DNA of 64,000 nucleotides. Origin: Camelus ferus. Its lineage: Eukaryota. The notes under the pieces were generated by a model. The model did no database searches. It had not been told where the DNA came from and was given only the letters and a program-made list of their open reading frames with translations. Both the position numbers and the translations under genes were made by a program. Positions 50,766 through 63,167 of the stretch are shown in pieces. The DNA lies in assembly GCF_009834535.1 (NCBI RefSeq), contig NC_045697.1, positions 5,768,001 through 5,832,000 of the forward strand, given 5' to 3'. Position 1 is the stretch's first letter. Each line of letters begins with the position of its first letter.

Positions 50766-52940
50766 GTGAGGAGCGGTGGCCCAGAGGTCCGACCTCGGAG
50801 GCTCAGAGAGTGGGGCGGGGAGTGCACTGTGGCCGATGCCTGCGTTTCCAGCGTTAGAGTCCCTCCTTTGGTTTGCACGCATGGTGGGAGGAAATCCATT
50901 CAGGTCTTATTCGTGCTCTGGGAAAGTGGAAGGAGTCCTGAACTTAGGATGGCCAATTCCTCCGGGTTTTAAAATGGAAAAGTACTCGTGTCCGGAACCC
51001 CCACAGCAGTTTCCAACCAGGATGGTTGGTCCAGGCTGGGCTTCAGGCTTGCTGCATGTTGGAGACAAGGCGCTTGTCTTCTCTGATTCTTGGGGAGCTC
51101 AGTCCCTCAGGAGGAGGCCTTAGGGCATAGTGGTCGAGAGAACGAACTTGGGGCCAGGACAGCTGCGTAGGAATGGTGGTTTGCCACTAACTGGATGTAT
51201 GACCTGCTGCAAGTTACTGAATCTCTTTGTGCCTTGTCTGTCAAAAGGGAATAATACAGAACCTAACTCAGAGGACTGTTGTGAGGATTACAAGAGAACA
51301 AACGTGTTAAAGCACCTAAGACAGGGCTAGGGACATAGTAGGTGCTCAATAAATGTCAGCGTTTTCTGCAGCACTTACCTCTGAGGACCTGGTTAGGAGA
51401 ATGAGGTGGGGTGTGAGTGTTTGCAAGGCTGACTTTCCTGCAGAGAGGGCCCACTTGGGACTCATTCACACAGAGCCCCCAGTCCCTCAGTGCCTAGTAT
51501 AGTGCCTGAGACATGGTCGGCTTCCACAGATAGTTGCTACACCAGTGAAGGGATGTTGTTTAAACCAGGGCTGGTGATGTAGGGTGTGGGGAAGGGGTGA
51601 GACTGGAACTTGGTGGCAGAGACATGGCTCAACTTCTCCCAGCCTCAGTTGGCTCATCTGTAAAGTGGAGATGGTGTACCTGCCTCCTAGTGTTTTTTGC
51701 AAAGAGCGAGAGAGAGGTCCTGCATGAGTGCACATTGAGATCCTCATCACCCCACATTCAGGGATTCAGGTAGGATGATGGATAGTTTGTACTTGTCTGT
51801 CCCTTTCACCATAACCTTGGTTTCTTGGAGTTCTATCCCCCATGAATGGCTCAGGGCCAGCCTAGTTGGCCTGATCCATTGTTGTACAGATGGGAGAATG
51901 TAAGTTCAAAGTCACAGTGCTCACTGGTGGCTGTTGACAGCTTGGCCCCTCAGGCAGGCTGTTGTGGTGGTGGTGATGATGGCATTTAGGTCTGTATGTG
52001 CATGAAAGAATGCTTTAAGAATAGTTAATTATTTTTTTAAATAAGAAATAAACAATATAAAAATGTGTAGGAAGGAAGGTAAAAAAGTCACTCCAAACCT
52101 GGAGTGACTCCAGAACCAAACCTGAGTTCATGTTTTCAGGGAATGGGGTAGTAACGTAGGCACCAATGGGAGCCAGAGGAGACCAGAGTGAGTTTATAAA
52201 GATAGATGAGTGGATTGAGGATCATATATAAAGAAGCATGAGTTTGGAGGGGCCTGGAAGTAATATCACTGATGTGCAAATTAATAGGTCACAAGAAATC
52301 CTACTTCTGGGTAAGGATGAATCTTTCACATCTCATATCTTTAATTTTCCACATAATGCTCTTAGATGTTAGACCCATTTTACAGATAAACAGATTATGG
52401 GAAAGTTAGGTGCCTTGAGGTCATTTAGGTTTAATTGGCAGAATTGGGCTCCAGCTCGGATCTGCTAGCCCTGAGTCCAGGCCCAGGTCAACAGATTGGG
52501 GTCACCATCTGGATCAGAGAAGACTGAGGTGCCTGGATTGCTTCGTAAGTTCCCAGCCCCTCACTGATGCTGTCTGCTGCCCATCAGCTCAGCATGATTG
52601 TCCAGTACCCAACATCCTCTGCTGTGACACAGATGGTCTCCTTGCCCAGTGTGGCCTGGCTTTAGGATAAAGACTTAGGGTCCTAATATTTTTAAATGGA
52701 AGATCTTGACCTATATGGCACCTGAGCCAGTGGAGGGACTTAAGGCAGCATGCTTTCAGCTTTGCTAACTTCTGAAGTACATGTATCTTTTTAAATTAAG
52801 GTTCCCTCTGGATATATGCCTAGGAAGAAGTACAAATGTTACAAACTTACCAAATTCAGCATTTGAAAGTTTAATTATCTAAATTTCTTCTACATGTATT
52901 GGGTTTTTGAAACTTGAATGAGTTGAAGCTTTTGTTTTAG

Positions 52941-52995
52941 GTAATGCTTGCTATCTTCAATTAGAGGGACTGTGTTTTCACAGGGCATCTTTTTT
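52941..52995 (+). other. LYAR: Probable LYAR 5'UTR exon 2 (55 nt)
   Basis: Acceptor TTTTGTTTTAG| and donor |GTAAGT flank a short exon between exon 1 and the first coding exon. Confidence 0.55.
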
Positions 52996-55174
52996 GTAAG
53001 TTTGTAGCATTTCTACTTCTAAAATTGTTAAGCCTGCGCTAAGACTTGGCACACCCTGTCTGCTATACACTTAGAGTGGTTTTGAGTTTGCTGTCGTTTG
53101 AGGCACCTCCCCCCCCCCCCCACATATTCACTTGCAAGTGTTTACTGCATAAATGAAAGCTAGGGGTGGGTAAGCTCCTTACAGACCTTATCTCCTTAGC
53201 AAGCGGGTGGCCACACAGCCCCCATTTAAGATCCAGTGTGAAAATACAGCAGTGGCTCTAAAAATCCAGAGGAAGGCACTGTGAGACTGAGTTCTGACTT
53301 AAGTGCAAGCTACCATTTTGCCTTAAAAAACAAAAACAAAAACAAATTTCTCAGTGAACATGCCAAAAAGACCAACAGAAAACAAACGGTTGGAGAGGTA
53401 TTTTTTGATAGACATGTGACCAAATTCTAATCCTCTCTTGAATTGATGTTTACACTGTGTGTGGCTAATCCCCAGAGGGAAAACATGTTTTCAACAGATA
53501 TTCCGAGCATTCTTTTTGTCAACATCCCTGGCTCCTTTCAGTCCATAAATTTTGTTTCCAGCTGTCCTTCTTGGGCCTTTAATTCCTGGCTTTCCATTGC
53601 AGACTGCATCTCCCAAGCTTAGGGAAGCCTTCCTCCCCTCCCCCCGGATCAAGATACAGAATAGACGTCAAAAATGAAGGCTGGAAAGCTCTAGGCCATA
53701 GCTGAAATTTGAGGGGGCATTTTTCATCGTTGAATCTCATTATGAAAGTGCTTCTACATTTTTCGGCAGACAGTTTGGCTCATCACAGCTGCTCTCTGCC
53801 TCGTGTGTTGTGTGACAGTCCATCTCTTGGTGACTGAATGATGGTCTGGTTGTTCTTGGACCAAAGTGCCCTGGACACTGTGTATTTGATAATGTGCCGT
53901 TGGCTCTTGTTCTGGCCTTTGTGTTCCTTGTGAGGCGGGGGGGGGGGGGTTGCTGCCTGTCATTCACGATCATCTTCTGCTGCGTGCAGAAAGCTAAGCC
54001 TCGGGGGAGTGGGTCACAGTCCGCGTGATGCCAGCTCCCCAGGACTTGTGACTGTTTCACCCGAATCTATCATAACGAGGTGAGAAGATGCTCTTGGTTG
54101 GTGCACATCCCAGAACACTCAGGTTTGCTTTCCTCTGGATTCAGTGTTAGGCTGTAGCTGACCACGTGTCCTCCCTCGTTAGCCCTCCGTGGTGAGCTGA
54201 GGAGGGGGTCTGGGGTCAGGGGGCTGCTATTTGTATGTGGCGCATCAGGCAAACTGACACCCGACAGTGCCCCGCCGGGCCAGAGGCCTCCAAGAGACAC
54301 AGGCTGGGCCTTTGTAAACCCTGGAGGAGCAGCTGGGGTGTACATTTCCGTTCAAGGCTGAATGGGTGGGAGCAGCCCTGATCCCTGCACAGGTAGGTGT
54401 GTCCTCTCCAGCAGTGACTCAGAATATGGGGGTGGAGGACAGCCGGTGATTTCATCCATGAAAATTCTCCACAAACCGGGAGTCACGTGTGCTGAAGGAC
54501 CCTCGGATGAAGTCTTGTCCTGGAACAAACTGTATCAGATTACTTGATTCTTATCTTCATCGTGAGGAGGAAGGTGCTGGATTCAATAGTTGCTCACCAT
54601 TTTTACTGTGAAACTCATTTATCATGTAAAGTGACAGTACTCTTTTAGAATCTGGTGATTAAGAAAGTATATAACCCTGGCAAGTTCCTATGACTCCTGT
54701 CACACTTTTAGATGAATTCATGTTTTGTTAAGCATAATAGCATCTCTGTGAAATTTTTAAACATGCGACCCACTTCATCTTGGGCGGTGCTCCGGACACC
54801 TGTGTCTGGGGACGCCCTCCAGCCGTTCACCCAGCATTGAGACCCCTGGGTATGGTCCCATTTCTTTCTGATTGATCCGACAAGAAGCCACACCCACTCC
54901 TGTCCACTAAAACTGGTGGACACTGCCTCATACTCAAACACCTGTGGATGCGTAGTTGTGCCAAATGAATGCTTTCTGTGCTTATAGAAATCGTTTTTAG
55001 GCCTCTTCTCCACTTTGTAAACCTCCCTTAATTCCCCTTTTGCTACGTTCGTATTATATTTGGGAACCTGAAATACTTTGCAGTGCACACCTAAAGGCAT
55101 TAGAAACGGAATGCATGTGTGTGCTTAAAGTTATTGGAAAAGGTGGGATATTTCTTAACGCCCCCAAACACTTC

Positions 55175-55400
55175 ATTTCTAGAGCCAGCCTGCCAAGTTT
55201 AAATCCTGATTCTGCTGCTGTGTGACCTTGGGCAAGTTACTTAAACTCTCTGAACCTCAATGTCCCCTGTAAATTGTGAACAATCATAGTCCTTCCCTCA
55301 TAGGGTTGCTGTGAGGATTAAATAAGTTAATATGCATAAAGCTCTGAGAATAGGGCCAGCATGTAGTAAGCAGGCACTCAACAAATGCTAGCCATTTTTA
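55175..55400 (+). mobile_element. MIR SINE (representative copy; others at about 350-495, 1250-1390, 7100-7240, 46540-46740, 51130-51360, 62640-62850)
   Basis: MIR core TGTGTGACCTTGGGCAAGTTACTTAAACTCTCTGAACCTCA...TGTGAGGATTAAATAAGTTAATA. Confidence 0.8.
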
Positions 55401-55637
55401 TTATGTTGGTGATAATTTTATGTACATGATGGTAGTGTTTTATGTAGATTGCTAATCAACTTTGATTCTGTTGTGTTATTATTTTCATGGGAAAAGTTGG
55501 CTGTCTGAATCATATATTTGGAATAGAAGTTTTAGATTACAATGATAATTCTCTTTTTTCCTTTTTAAAAACATTTTTTTTTAGGACAAGACTTAAAACC
55601 TATCTTGGATAAAGAATATTTAATCATTTAGCTCAAA

Positions 55638-55759
55638 ATGGTATTTTTTACATGCAATGCATGTGGCGAATCAGTGAAGAAAGTACAAGTGGAAAAGCAC
55701 GTGGCTCTTTGCAGAAATTGTGAATGTCTTTCCTGCATTGACTGCGGTAAAGACTTCTG
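55638..55759 (+). CDS. LYAR: LYAR first coding exon (C2HC LYAR-type zinc fingers); exon starts at 55585
   Basis: AAAATGG Kozak context; MVFFTCNACGESVKKVQVEKHVALCRNCECLSCIDCGKDFW; donor TG|GTAAGT; 122 nt. Confidence 0.96.
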
Positions 55760-57118
55760 GTAAGTTCTACAGAATTCACCTAGCTCCACATTGGGGGTCC
55801 AGAGCAATTTTGGAAGCCCTGGCCCCACAAAGCATTTTTTAAAAAAAAGTAAGAGGCAAATTTGAGGGGGAAAATTGAGAGTGCCTTAGAGGACCATTTG
55901 CTTTTGAAGGAGGATTTAAAGAGAAGACCCAGGGAATGGGAATCATGGGTTCGAGCATTTGATTTCTCAGTGGCGCTTACTATCATCTCCTTGCCACGGT
56001 TATCAGACCCAGGGAGGTGACCATGTGGAGTAAGGTTTCAAGGGTGTGGCATGCTAATCACAGTGAAGAGATAGGTTTCCAGACCATTAGCTGTTAGCTC
56101 ACCGTGGAGGCGGCATCTGGGAGAAGAGACTTGGTCTCTTCTAGAAAATCGGAGGTGATGGCAGAGCGCAGCTTCTCCAGGCCCCTGGTGTGTCAGGTGG
56201 TTCCACTGAGGGGTCTCTGGAAAGCTGAGGGCTTAGGGGAGGGGGCAGGGTGGACCTTGCTCATTCTCTGTTTCTTAGGGAGGGTCCCTTGCAAGTGACT
56301 GACCTCGGTCTTAATGCTGACTCCCCTCAGCTTCGGGAGGTCAGGTGAAAAGGCTGCTTTTGGCACGTCCGCCCTGATGGCCTCTGTGGCATTTGAGTGA
56401 TGCTTGCTAACAGTTGCTTTTAACTTCATTCTAAAGCTGCTTTATTTATTTATTTGTCTATTTATTTATTTATGGAAACTGCTAAACCCTTTGTTCATAC
56501 CTGATCCTTGGAGGAAGGATATATAAAACAGGTGAAAGTTGGGTTGTTTCTCCTTGGGTCACTTTGCCCCCAACATTGTCCTAGACAGTCCCTTGAGGAC
56601 CTCACAGAGCTCCAAAAAACACTATATGAGACAGAATCCAGTTTCCTTTTTTTTTTCTAACTCTGAGTTCCAGAACTGTTTAGTGACCTGATAGCGCTGT
56701 TCTACACCGCCTTTTAATTTATTCTACAACTGATTGTTGATTGCCTACTATATTACCAGGAAGTCATACCGATTTTGTAACTTAAGACAGAGCCACCCTA
56801 TTGCAGACAATTTTAAAAATTTTTATTTAGTATATATTCACTTAAGACTTTAAAAAATACTGCCTGTCAATTTGATTTTAAGACATTTGTATATAAAAAT
56901 GGGTGGAAAGTTTGGTGATGGGTTTGAACAGTTGGGAAGAAGGAAGGTGTGGTAGGACCAGGAGGTTATCAGCATGGTAAGTGAAAGGTGGGGCGGCCGG
57001 GCTGTGGACAGACATGAATGTCAGTGTGGCCTGCAGAAGGCGGGGCAGCAGGCTAGTGTTAGACAGAGGCTCCAATTTGAGAACCATTCTAATGGTGGAA
57101 CTTTCCTGTGCCTTTCAG

Positions 57119-57233
57119 GGGTGACGACTATAAAAACCATGTGAAATGCATAACCGAAGATCAAAAGTACGGCGGCAAAGGTTACGAAGGTAAAACCCAC
57201 AAAGGCGATGTTAAGCAGCAGGCTTGGATTCAG
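57119..57233 (+). CDS. LYAR: LYAR coding exon 2
   Basis: CCTTTCAG|GGGTGAC...ATTCAG|GTAAGG; GDDYKNHVKCITEDQKYGGKGYEGKTHKGDVKQQAWIQ; 115 nt. Confidence 0.96.
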
Positions 57234-57801
57234 GTAAGGTCTTTCTGACTCATCCAGCAGCTTCATCTGACATCTGCTTCCCTTGGAAGCCTAAGGAGCT
57301 CAGAATAAACGCATTGTCCATGCAGATGAGACCCAGACACGTCACGTCATAGTATAGACTAAGGTTGAGCAACTAAACCTTGAAAAAGAGTTCATTTCTC
57401 TTTTAATACAGTTACAGCATATTTTGTCTTTAATTCATACGTTTTGCAGATCTCTTGAAAAATATTTCCAAATTCTCACTGACTTTCCCTTGGCTACGAG
57501 ACTGAACAGAAGCTTTCTAATCTGTATCTGCTAGTGATGATGCAACTTTTATAACTCCAGCCATGTTAATCTGTGATGTCTATCAGTCATCAGAATTGGG
57601 CCTCCAAAGAAGGCATTTTCATAAATATGAGGAATTTGCTACTTAAATAAAATGAAAATATATATACAATAAAAATGGCAAAAGCAACAAAATCCCTAAT
57701 TTACTGAGAGGTATAAGTTCCAGAATGTTAGTCACCATTTACAGAATAGTAGCTGGAGGAAAGATTCAGAACGGAAAGTAGGAGAATGAAAAGCCAAATT
57801 C

Positions 57802-57940
57802 GGGGCAGTTTACAGCTCAGTGGCCGAGCGCGTGCTTAGCATGCACAGGGTCTTGAGTTCAATCCCAGAACCTCCATTAAAAAATACATAAGTAAATAAA
57901 AATAAATAAACCTAATTACCCCCCCAAAAAGAAACAACAA
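57802..57940 (+). mobile_element. tRNA-derived SINE (camelid-type)
   Basis: CAGCTCAGTGGCCGAGCGCGTGCTTAGCATGCACAGGGTCTTGAGTTCAATCCC...AATAAATAAACCTAATTACCCCCC. Confidence 0.85.
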
Positions 57941-58296
57941 ATGCCATCTATGTGGAAATTTTGTATTTTCTTGGAAACCAAATAATTACTGTCTTTAATG
58001 ATAGAGTTTAAACGTGAATTTCCTGATACTGACTAGCTTACTGAGTTAACAGTCTTGGGAGGGAAAATCTGCTGTTCACAAAGGACTAACAAAGTCTGCC
58101 AGTCCAGCCTGAGGAGCAGGTGAGACCCTCTTATCTTAACTAAGACATTTGGACTGGTGGTCATCAGCTGCACTTCTGGGCCCTATGTCTGATCGCCCTG
58201 AGAACCAGATGACATTCTTAGGCCCCTGAGCTTGAGGTACCTGGTCTGTGAGTTCCATCTGTGTTGACATCACATCTGGAATGAAATCCTCTAAAG

Positions 58297-58493
58297 CAGG
58301 GGTTCGCAAACTACTGCCCGCGGGTCAAGCCCAGCCCCAGGCCTCTTTGTAAATTTTACTGGCACACAGCCACGCCCACTTGTTTCCATGTTGTCTCTGG
58401 CTGCTGTCAGGCCACAAGGACAGCCCCGAGTAGTTAGGCCAGGAAGCCGGTGGTCTGCAGCCTCACATCAGTATGGAAAAGTTTGGCAACCCT
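58297..58493 (+). mobile_element. MER58A-like hAT-Charlie MITE
   Basis: Inverted termini CAGGGGTTCGCAAACT and AGTTTGGCAACCCT; internal TTTTACTGGCACACAGCCACGCCCA. Confidence 0.7.
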
Positions 58494-58947
58494 TTCCCCA
58501 AACTGCTAGGCTTCAGTATTAGAGATTAAGAAGTTTATGTCAGGTTCTGTGCTGCCCACCCATCCACTCCCTGTCTGATCCCTCCTCTCTTGCTCCCTAG
58601 CCAGCAGGGTTAACAGACAGCTGAGCCTGAATGTGGTGAATGGGGAGCCTGCTGTGACCTGACCAGCAGAGATGGATTTGGATTTCGGTGTTTATTCTTT
58701 TCCTTAAATCCCTAAACTCTGAAAGATTTTGGAATCCCATCAGGGTGAATGTTCTCTGAGCATCCTTCCAGAATGTCTCTGTGCTTACACACAGAGAGTG
58801 GGTGGGGGGTCTGCGGGGAAATAACCTACTTGGCGTTGATCGTGGTGTTTTCATCCAAACTTTTGTCACCAGTGCTCTGTTCTCTTCTAATTCAGCACGT
58901 GCTCCGGCCGTTGCCGAGCTACCCTGACTTCTTCCTTGTTCGGTTTG

Positions 58948-59200
58948 TTTCTTCTCCTCCTTCTCCTCCTCCTCCTCCTCCTCCTTCCTCTTCCCCTCCT
59001 CCTTCCTCCTCCTTCTTCTTCTTCTCCTTCTTCCTCTTCTTCTTCCCCTTCTCCTTCCCCTCCTCCTCCTCTTCCTCTTCTTCTTCTTCCTCTTCTTCCT
59101 CTTCCTCTTCTTCTTCTTCCTCTTCTTCCTCTTCCTCCTCTTCCCCTTCTTCTCCTCCTCCTCCTCCTTCTCCTTCCTCTTCTTCCTTCTCCTCCTCCCT
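58948..59200. repeat. 253-nt pure pyrimidine (CTT/CCT)n low-complexity tract
   Basis: No purine on the + strand from 58948 to 59200; abuts the tail of a minus-strand SINE remnant (59202-59266). Confidence 0.95.
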
Positions 59201-59699
59201 ACTTTTTTTTTGAGGGGGTGGTAATTAGGTTTTTCATGGAGGTCCTGGGGATTGAAACTGGGACCTCTGCTCGTCTTCTTGATCTGTTTTTCTGCCTGGG
59301 TGCCTGGGAAGCTTTGCCTTGGCCCCTCCTTGGTACCCTGTATCAGTTTTGCCTGGCCTGTCTCTGTGTAGCTTCCGTTCTTTCCTCGTGCAGGGACATT
59401 TTCCTGCATTATGTTTGTTTAGCTGCATCGTTGTCCTCTTGGCTCAGAAGTGACCATGTTTCTTATGTACTGTCATCTCCCAGACTTTAGTAACTACCTT
59501 TTCCTCTGCCTTCAGTGTGACTGCCAGAAGCACTTTCTCTGGATCACTTTTAAAATTTCCATCTCTGTTCTTGCTATTTCATATTTATTTATAGATCTTA
59601 ATTTTGTTGTCTTGGTCTTTGATTTATTTCCTAGGCCCTATGATATCCATTTTTGTCTGTTTTTTTAAAAACCATTTTTAGTTTGTTGATAGTTTTTTC

Positions 59700-60250
59700 T
59701 TTCAGTTTTTAAAAATTGTGGTAAATTATACAACATAAAGTTTACCATTTTACCCATTTTTAAGTATATACAACTAAGTACATACACAATGCTGTGCAGC
59801 CGCCACCACCGTCCGTCTCCAGAACGTTGTCATCTTTTGACAGAGATGGGTTGTACTGGCATCTTAATAATATTGCCTCCCAATTCATGGACCTTGGACA
59901 TCTCTCCATTTATTTGTGTCTTTTTAATTTTTTTCAGTAGTGTTTATAGTTTTCAGTAAAAGTCTTTCACCTCCTTGGTTAAGTTTATTCCTAAGTATTT
60001 TATTCTTTTTGATAGTTTATAAATGGAATTATTTTCTTAATTTCCTTTTTGATTTGTTCATTATTAGTGTATAAAATGCAACTTGATTTTGAAGTGTTAA
60101 TTTTGTATCCTATAACTGCTGAATTTTTTTTATTGGTTCTGAAGATTATTTTTGTGGAGTCTTTTGGATTTGACATAGAAGACCATGTTGTCTATGGACA
60201 GAGATAATCTTACTTCTTCCTTTCCAATGTGGATGCCTTTTCTTTCTTGC
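59700..60250 (-). mobile_element. L1M fragments
   Basis: TTGTGGTAAATTATACAACATAAAGTTTACC...; ORF 60130..60345 contains ORF2-like KGIHIGKEEVRLSLSIDNMVFYV. Confidence 0.8.
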
Positions 60251-60396
60251 CTTTCTGGCCTCACTCTGAACTTTGTTGAATGCACTGCATAGATGTCAGT
60301 ACAAAATCTGGACTGGAAATGTGAACCCTCTAGTTTGGCTTTCATGAAATATATGTCAGTTGTGAATTGTTTTCATTTTATCTTCCTTTTTTGTAG

Positions 60397-60504
60397 AAAA
60401 TTAATGAATTAATAAAAAGACCCAGTGTCAGCCCCAAAGTGAGGGAACTTTTAGAGCAAATTAGTGGTTTTGACAACGTTCCCAGGAAAAAGGCGAAATT
60501 TCAG
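60397..60504 (+). CDS. LYAR: LYAR coding exon 3
   Basis: TTGTAG|AAAATT...TTTCAG|GTACGT; KINELIKRPSVSPKVRELLEQISGFDNVPRKKAKFQ; 108 nt. Confidence 0.95.
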
Positions 60505-60620
60505 GTACGTATTTGATAGGACTTCCTTGAATGGAGGGGCAGTGGCCCCATCAGTGACAGCCTGTGTGCACCTGTCAAAATATGGGCTAAGTGGGGTTTT
60601 GTCTTTTTTTTTCCTTACAG

Positions 60621-60704
60621 AATTGGATGAAGAACAGTTTAAAAGTTCATAATGAATCTATCCTGGAGCAGGTGTGGAATATCTTTTCTGAAGCTTCCAG
60701 CAAT
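60621..60704 (+). CDS. LYAR: LYAR coding exon 4
   Basis: TTACAG|AATTGG...AGCAAT|GTAAGT; NWMKNSLKVHNESILEQVWNIFSEASSN; 84 nt. Confidence 0.95.
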
Positions 60705-63167
60705 GTAAGTCAGATCTAATTCTAGGTTGATAATGCGGCAAAGATGATTAGTGACAAAGAAATGGGAATGTCTTATTTTTGGAGGTCAAGACAGCCTTCT
60801 TTTTCAGAGAACCTCTTTGTGCCTTCATTAATGGGAAGGAATAAACTGAATGCACTGCAGAGATTTCCTTATTGTGCAGAGAAAGGTATTTAATCCCAAC
60901 ATTTGATAGTGGTACAGCTAACACAAAACGATTTGCTTAGAAATCAGGCAGCATGCTGCACTGGGACCCACAGGAGGACTGGGGCCTTCTGACAGACCTG
61001 GTCTGAAGCCCTGCTGTGCTGTTTGCCGCATATTTGCTCTTGGGCATGTTATTTAACTTCCCTGAGCATAGTTTCCTTATCTTGAGGAAAAGTAGATAGT
61101 TATACTCAGGACCTCCTGAGTGCCTGATGGGTGTCAGGCCTGGAACAAAAAATATAAAATATCTCAGACGGTGATAGTGCCTTGGAGAAAAATAAACAGG
61201 GTGAGGACACAGAGGCTGGCTGGGTGTTATTTTAGGTGTGGGGCGAGGGGGTCGCGAAGGCCCCTCCTTACACGTAGTATTAACGTAGATGAGGGTGTGC
61301 CAGCATCCCATGGCATGCCCAGCAGTTAGTGGGCACTTGTTAAGTGTTCCTCTCATTCATCGCCTTCCTTCTGGCGGAGGGAGAAGTTGTCGGAGCAAAT
61401 CAGGCAACCACCGTCAGTCAATATGTTTTGATCAGAGTCCCCAGGTGTGAAATATACAGGCAGAAAATCCTAGTTTATATTTCGTAGCCATATTGTTGGT
61501 TACATTGTTCATTAAACATTTTTTCTCGCTGATTCAGTTGCACTTCGCTCTGACTTGGAGATTATATCCCATTGGGAGACCTGTGTCATTAGTAGTTTCA
61601 AAAAAACCCAGTGAGGTCTGACTGGTCTTTAGTCATGTTGTCAGCAGTTGATCTGCTTTATATAAAGAGAATAGTTTGGGCAGCAAATTGGGATAAAAAT
61701 GAAACCTTATTTTGGCAGTATATCTAATACTTGTCTCCAAACATACACATTGGGCCTCTGAAACGTTATAACCAATCATTTAATTGGCATTTATGTGGCA
61801 CCTATTTTGTAAAGGTTATTTACATTATTTTAACTAAAATCAAAAGTTTAAAATTACTTAGTTCAGTTGCAGAGTTAAAAAAAGATGTTTTCCAATTGCC
61901 CTTTTGAAACTGTGGACATACTAAGAACTCAGTAAAATCACCAGTAAGCAGCTCGTGGTAGGTGCCGAGCTCTGTGAGATGCGGCGTCATGGCTTTGCCG
62001 TGAGGCGGGAGCTTGGTAGAGTTCTCACACTTGAGTGGAAGCCAGTTGTCCTTTATTTGGTCCAACTTGGGGAGCAGGCGTTCCCTCCTTGTGGTCTTGT
62101 CTCCCAAAGGAGGAGGACTGCAGTGACTGGTGTCTGTCCCCTGGCGGGTAACTAACAGAGATGGAACTTGGGCCCAGGCCTCTGACCGTAAGTCCAGCAG
62201 TCTGCACCACCCCTGAAGCAGCCCGGGAGCCCCTGGCCCTGACTGTCCCCCTGGCCCTCCAGGGGCATCCGGGCTCACGGAGCAGTTCAGTGAATTGCTC
62301 CCCATCTGCTTTAGAGCAGGGGCAGGTGTAGGGACGGCAGCATATTTAGATCGGAGCACAGCAGGCGGTGTGGCCAGCTGGCCAAAGTCATTTTTTAAAA
62401 TAATCTCTGCATGGGTTTGAATAAAGTGGTGCGGTAAATGGGAAGTTTATCTTTTCCCAGTGCAGGTGGGTACTTAGTTTCCTGTGGTTCCTCACTCACC
62501 ATTCTTCGCACGCCATCCAGGTGTCCCTGACTATTCCTCGCGGGGTAACCATTAATCTGAGCAGTGGTGATGAGGACAGCACCTCTGTCTGGTACTCAGT
62601 TGTTTACAGAACTCTTGCCGCACACCCGGCTGCTTCACTGAGTACCCGCTGCTCTAAGCACGTGATGGAGCCCTTCCCTTTTACTCATATGTGCACAGTG
62701 TGAGGTAGGTCTGACCAGCTTTCGGTTTACAGACGAGGCAAGAGGTGCGGAGCAGATAAATAACTTGCCCTGAGTTACCTGGCTAGTAATGAACAGAGCT
62801 GGAACTTGAACCCAGGTCTGCAGGTGCATAAATCTGGTGGTTTCTGCCATATCTGCCTGCTCATCTTCTAACTTAAAAGGCGAACCATGAGCCAGAACAA
62901 AAGGTCTGGCTTTTAAGTGACAGAGGAATTCTTCACTTTGCCAGTGGAATGAAAATATCTGTTAAATGCAAAGAGGGGTGTGGGCTGGGGGTCGTTTTTG
63001 CCAATCTGTCTATTTACTGCTGTATGTTAACTATGGCGGGTTGTCACAGATGTAACATGGTAAGTAATAACAGTTTTGTTAGACTTTATCACAGGATACA
63101 TGCAGTGATGTGAATGAATGTGTCTGGAATGAGTGTTTATGTGTTTCTGGTTTTGCTTAATAACAAG

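Larger units (their letters stand above)
49990..50900. promoter_or_regulatory. CpG island; ZBTB49/LYAR bidirectional promoter
   Basis: Very high GC and CpG density between divergent first exons; ETS sites (CTTCCGG 50583-50589, ACTTCCG 50597-50603), half-CRE TGCGTCA 50591-50597, NRF1-like GCGCAGGCGC 50625-50634; no evident TATA box. Confidence 0.9.

Noticed and set aside
58597..59490. Long Lys/Arg/Glu-rich, Ser-rich and Leu/Pro-rich ORFs (270, 154 and 184 aa)
   Set aside because: They are translations of the stop-free CTT/CCT tract and a SINE remnant inside a LYAR intron.
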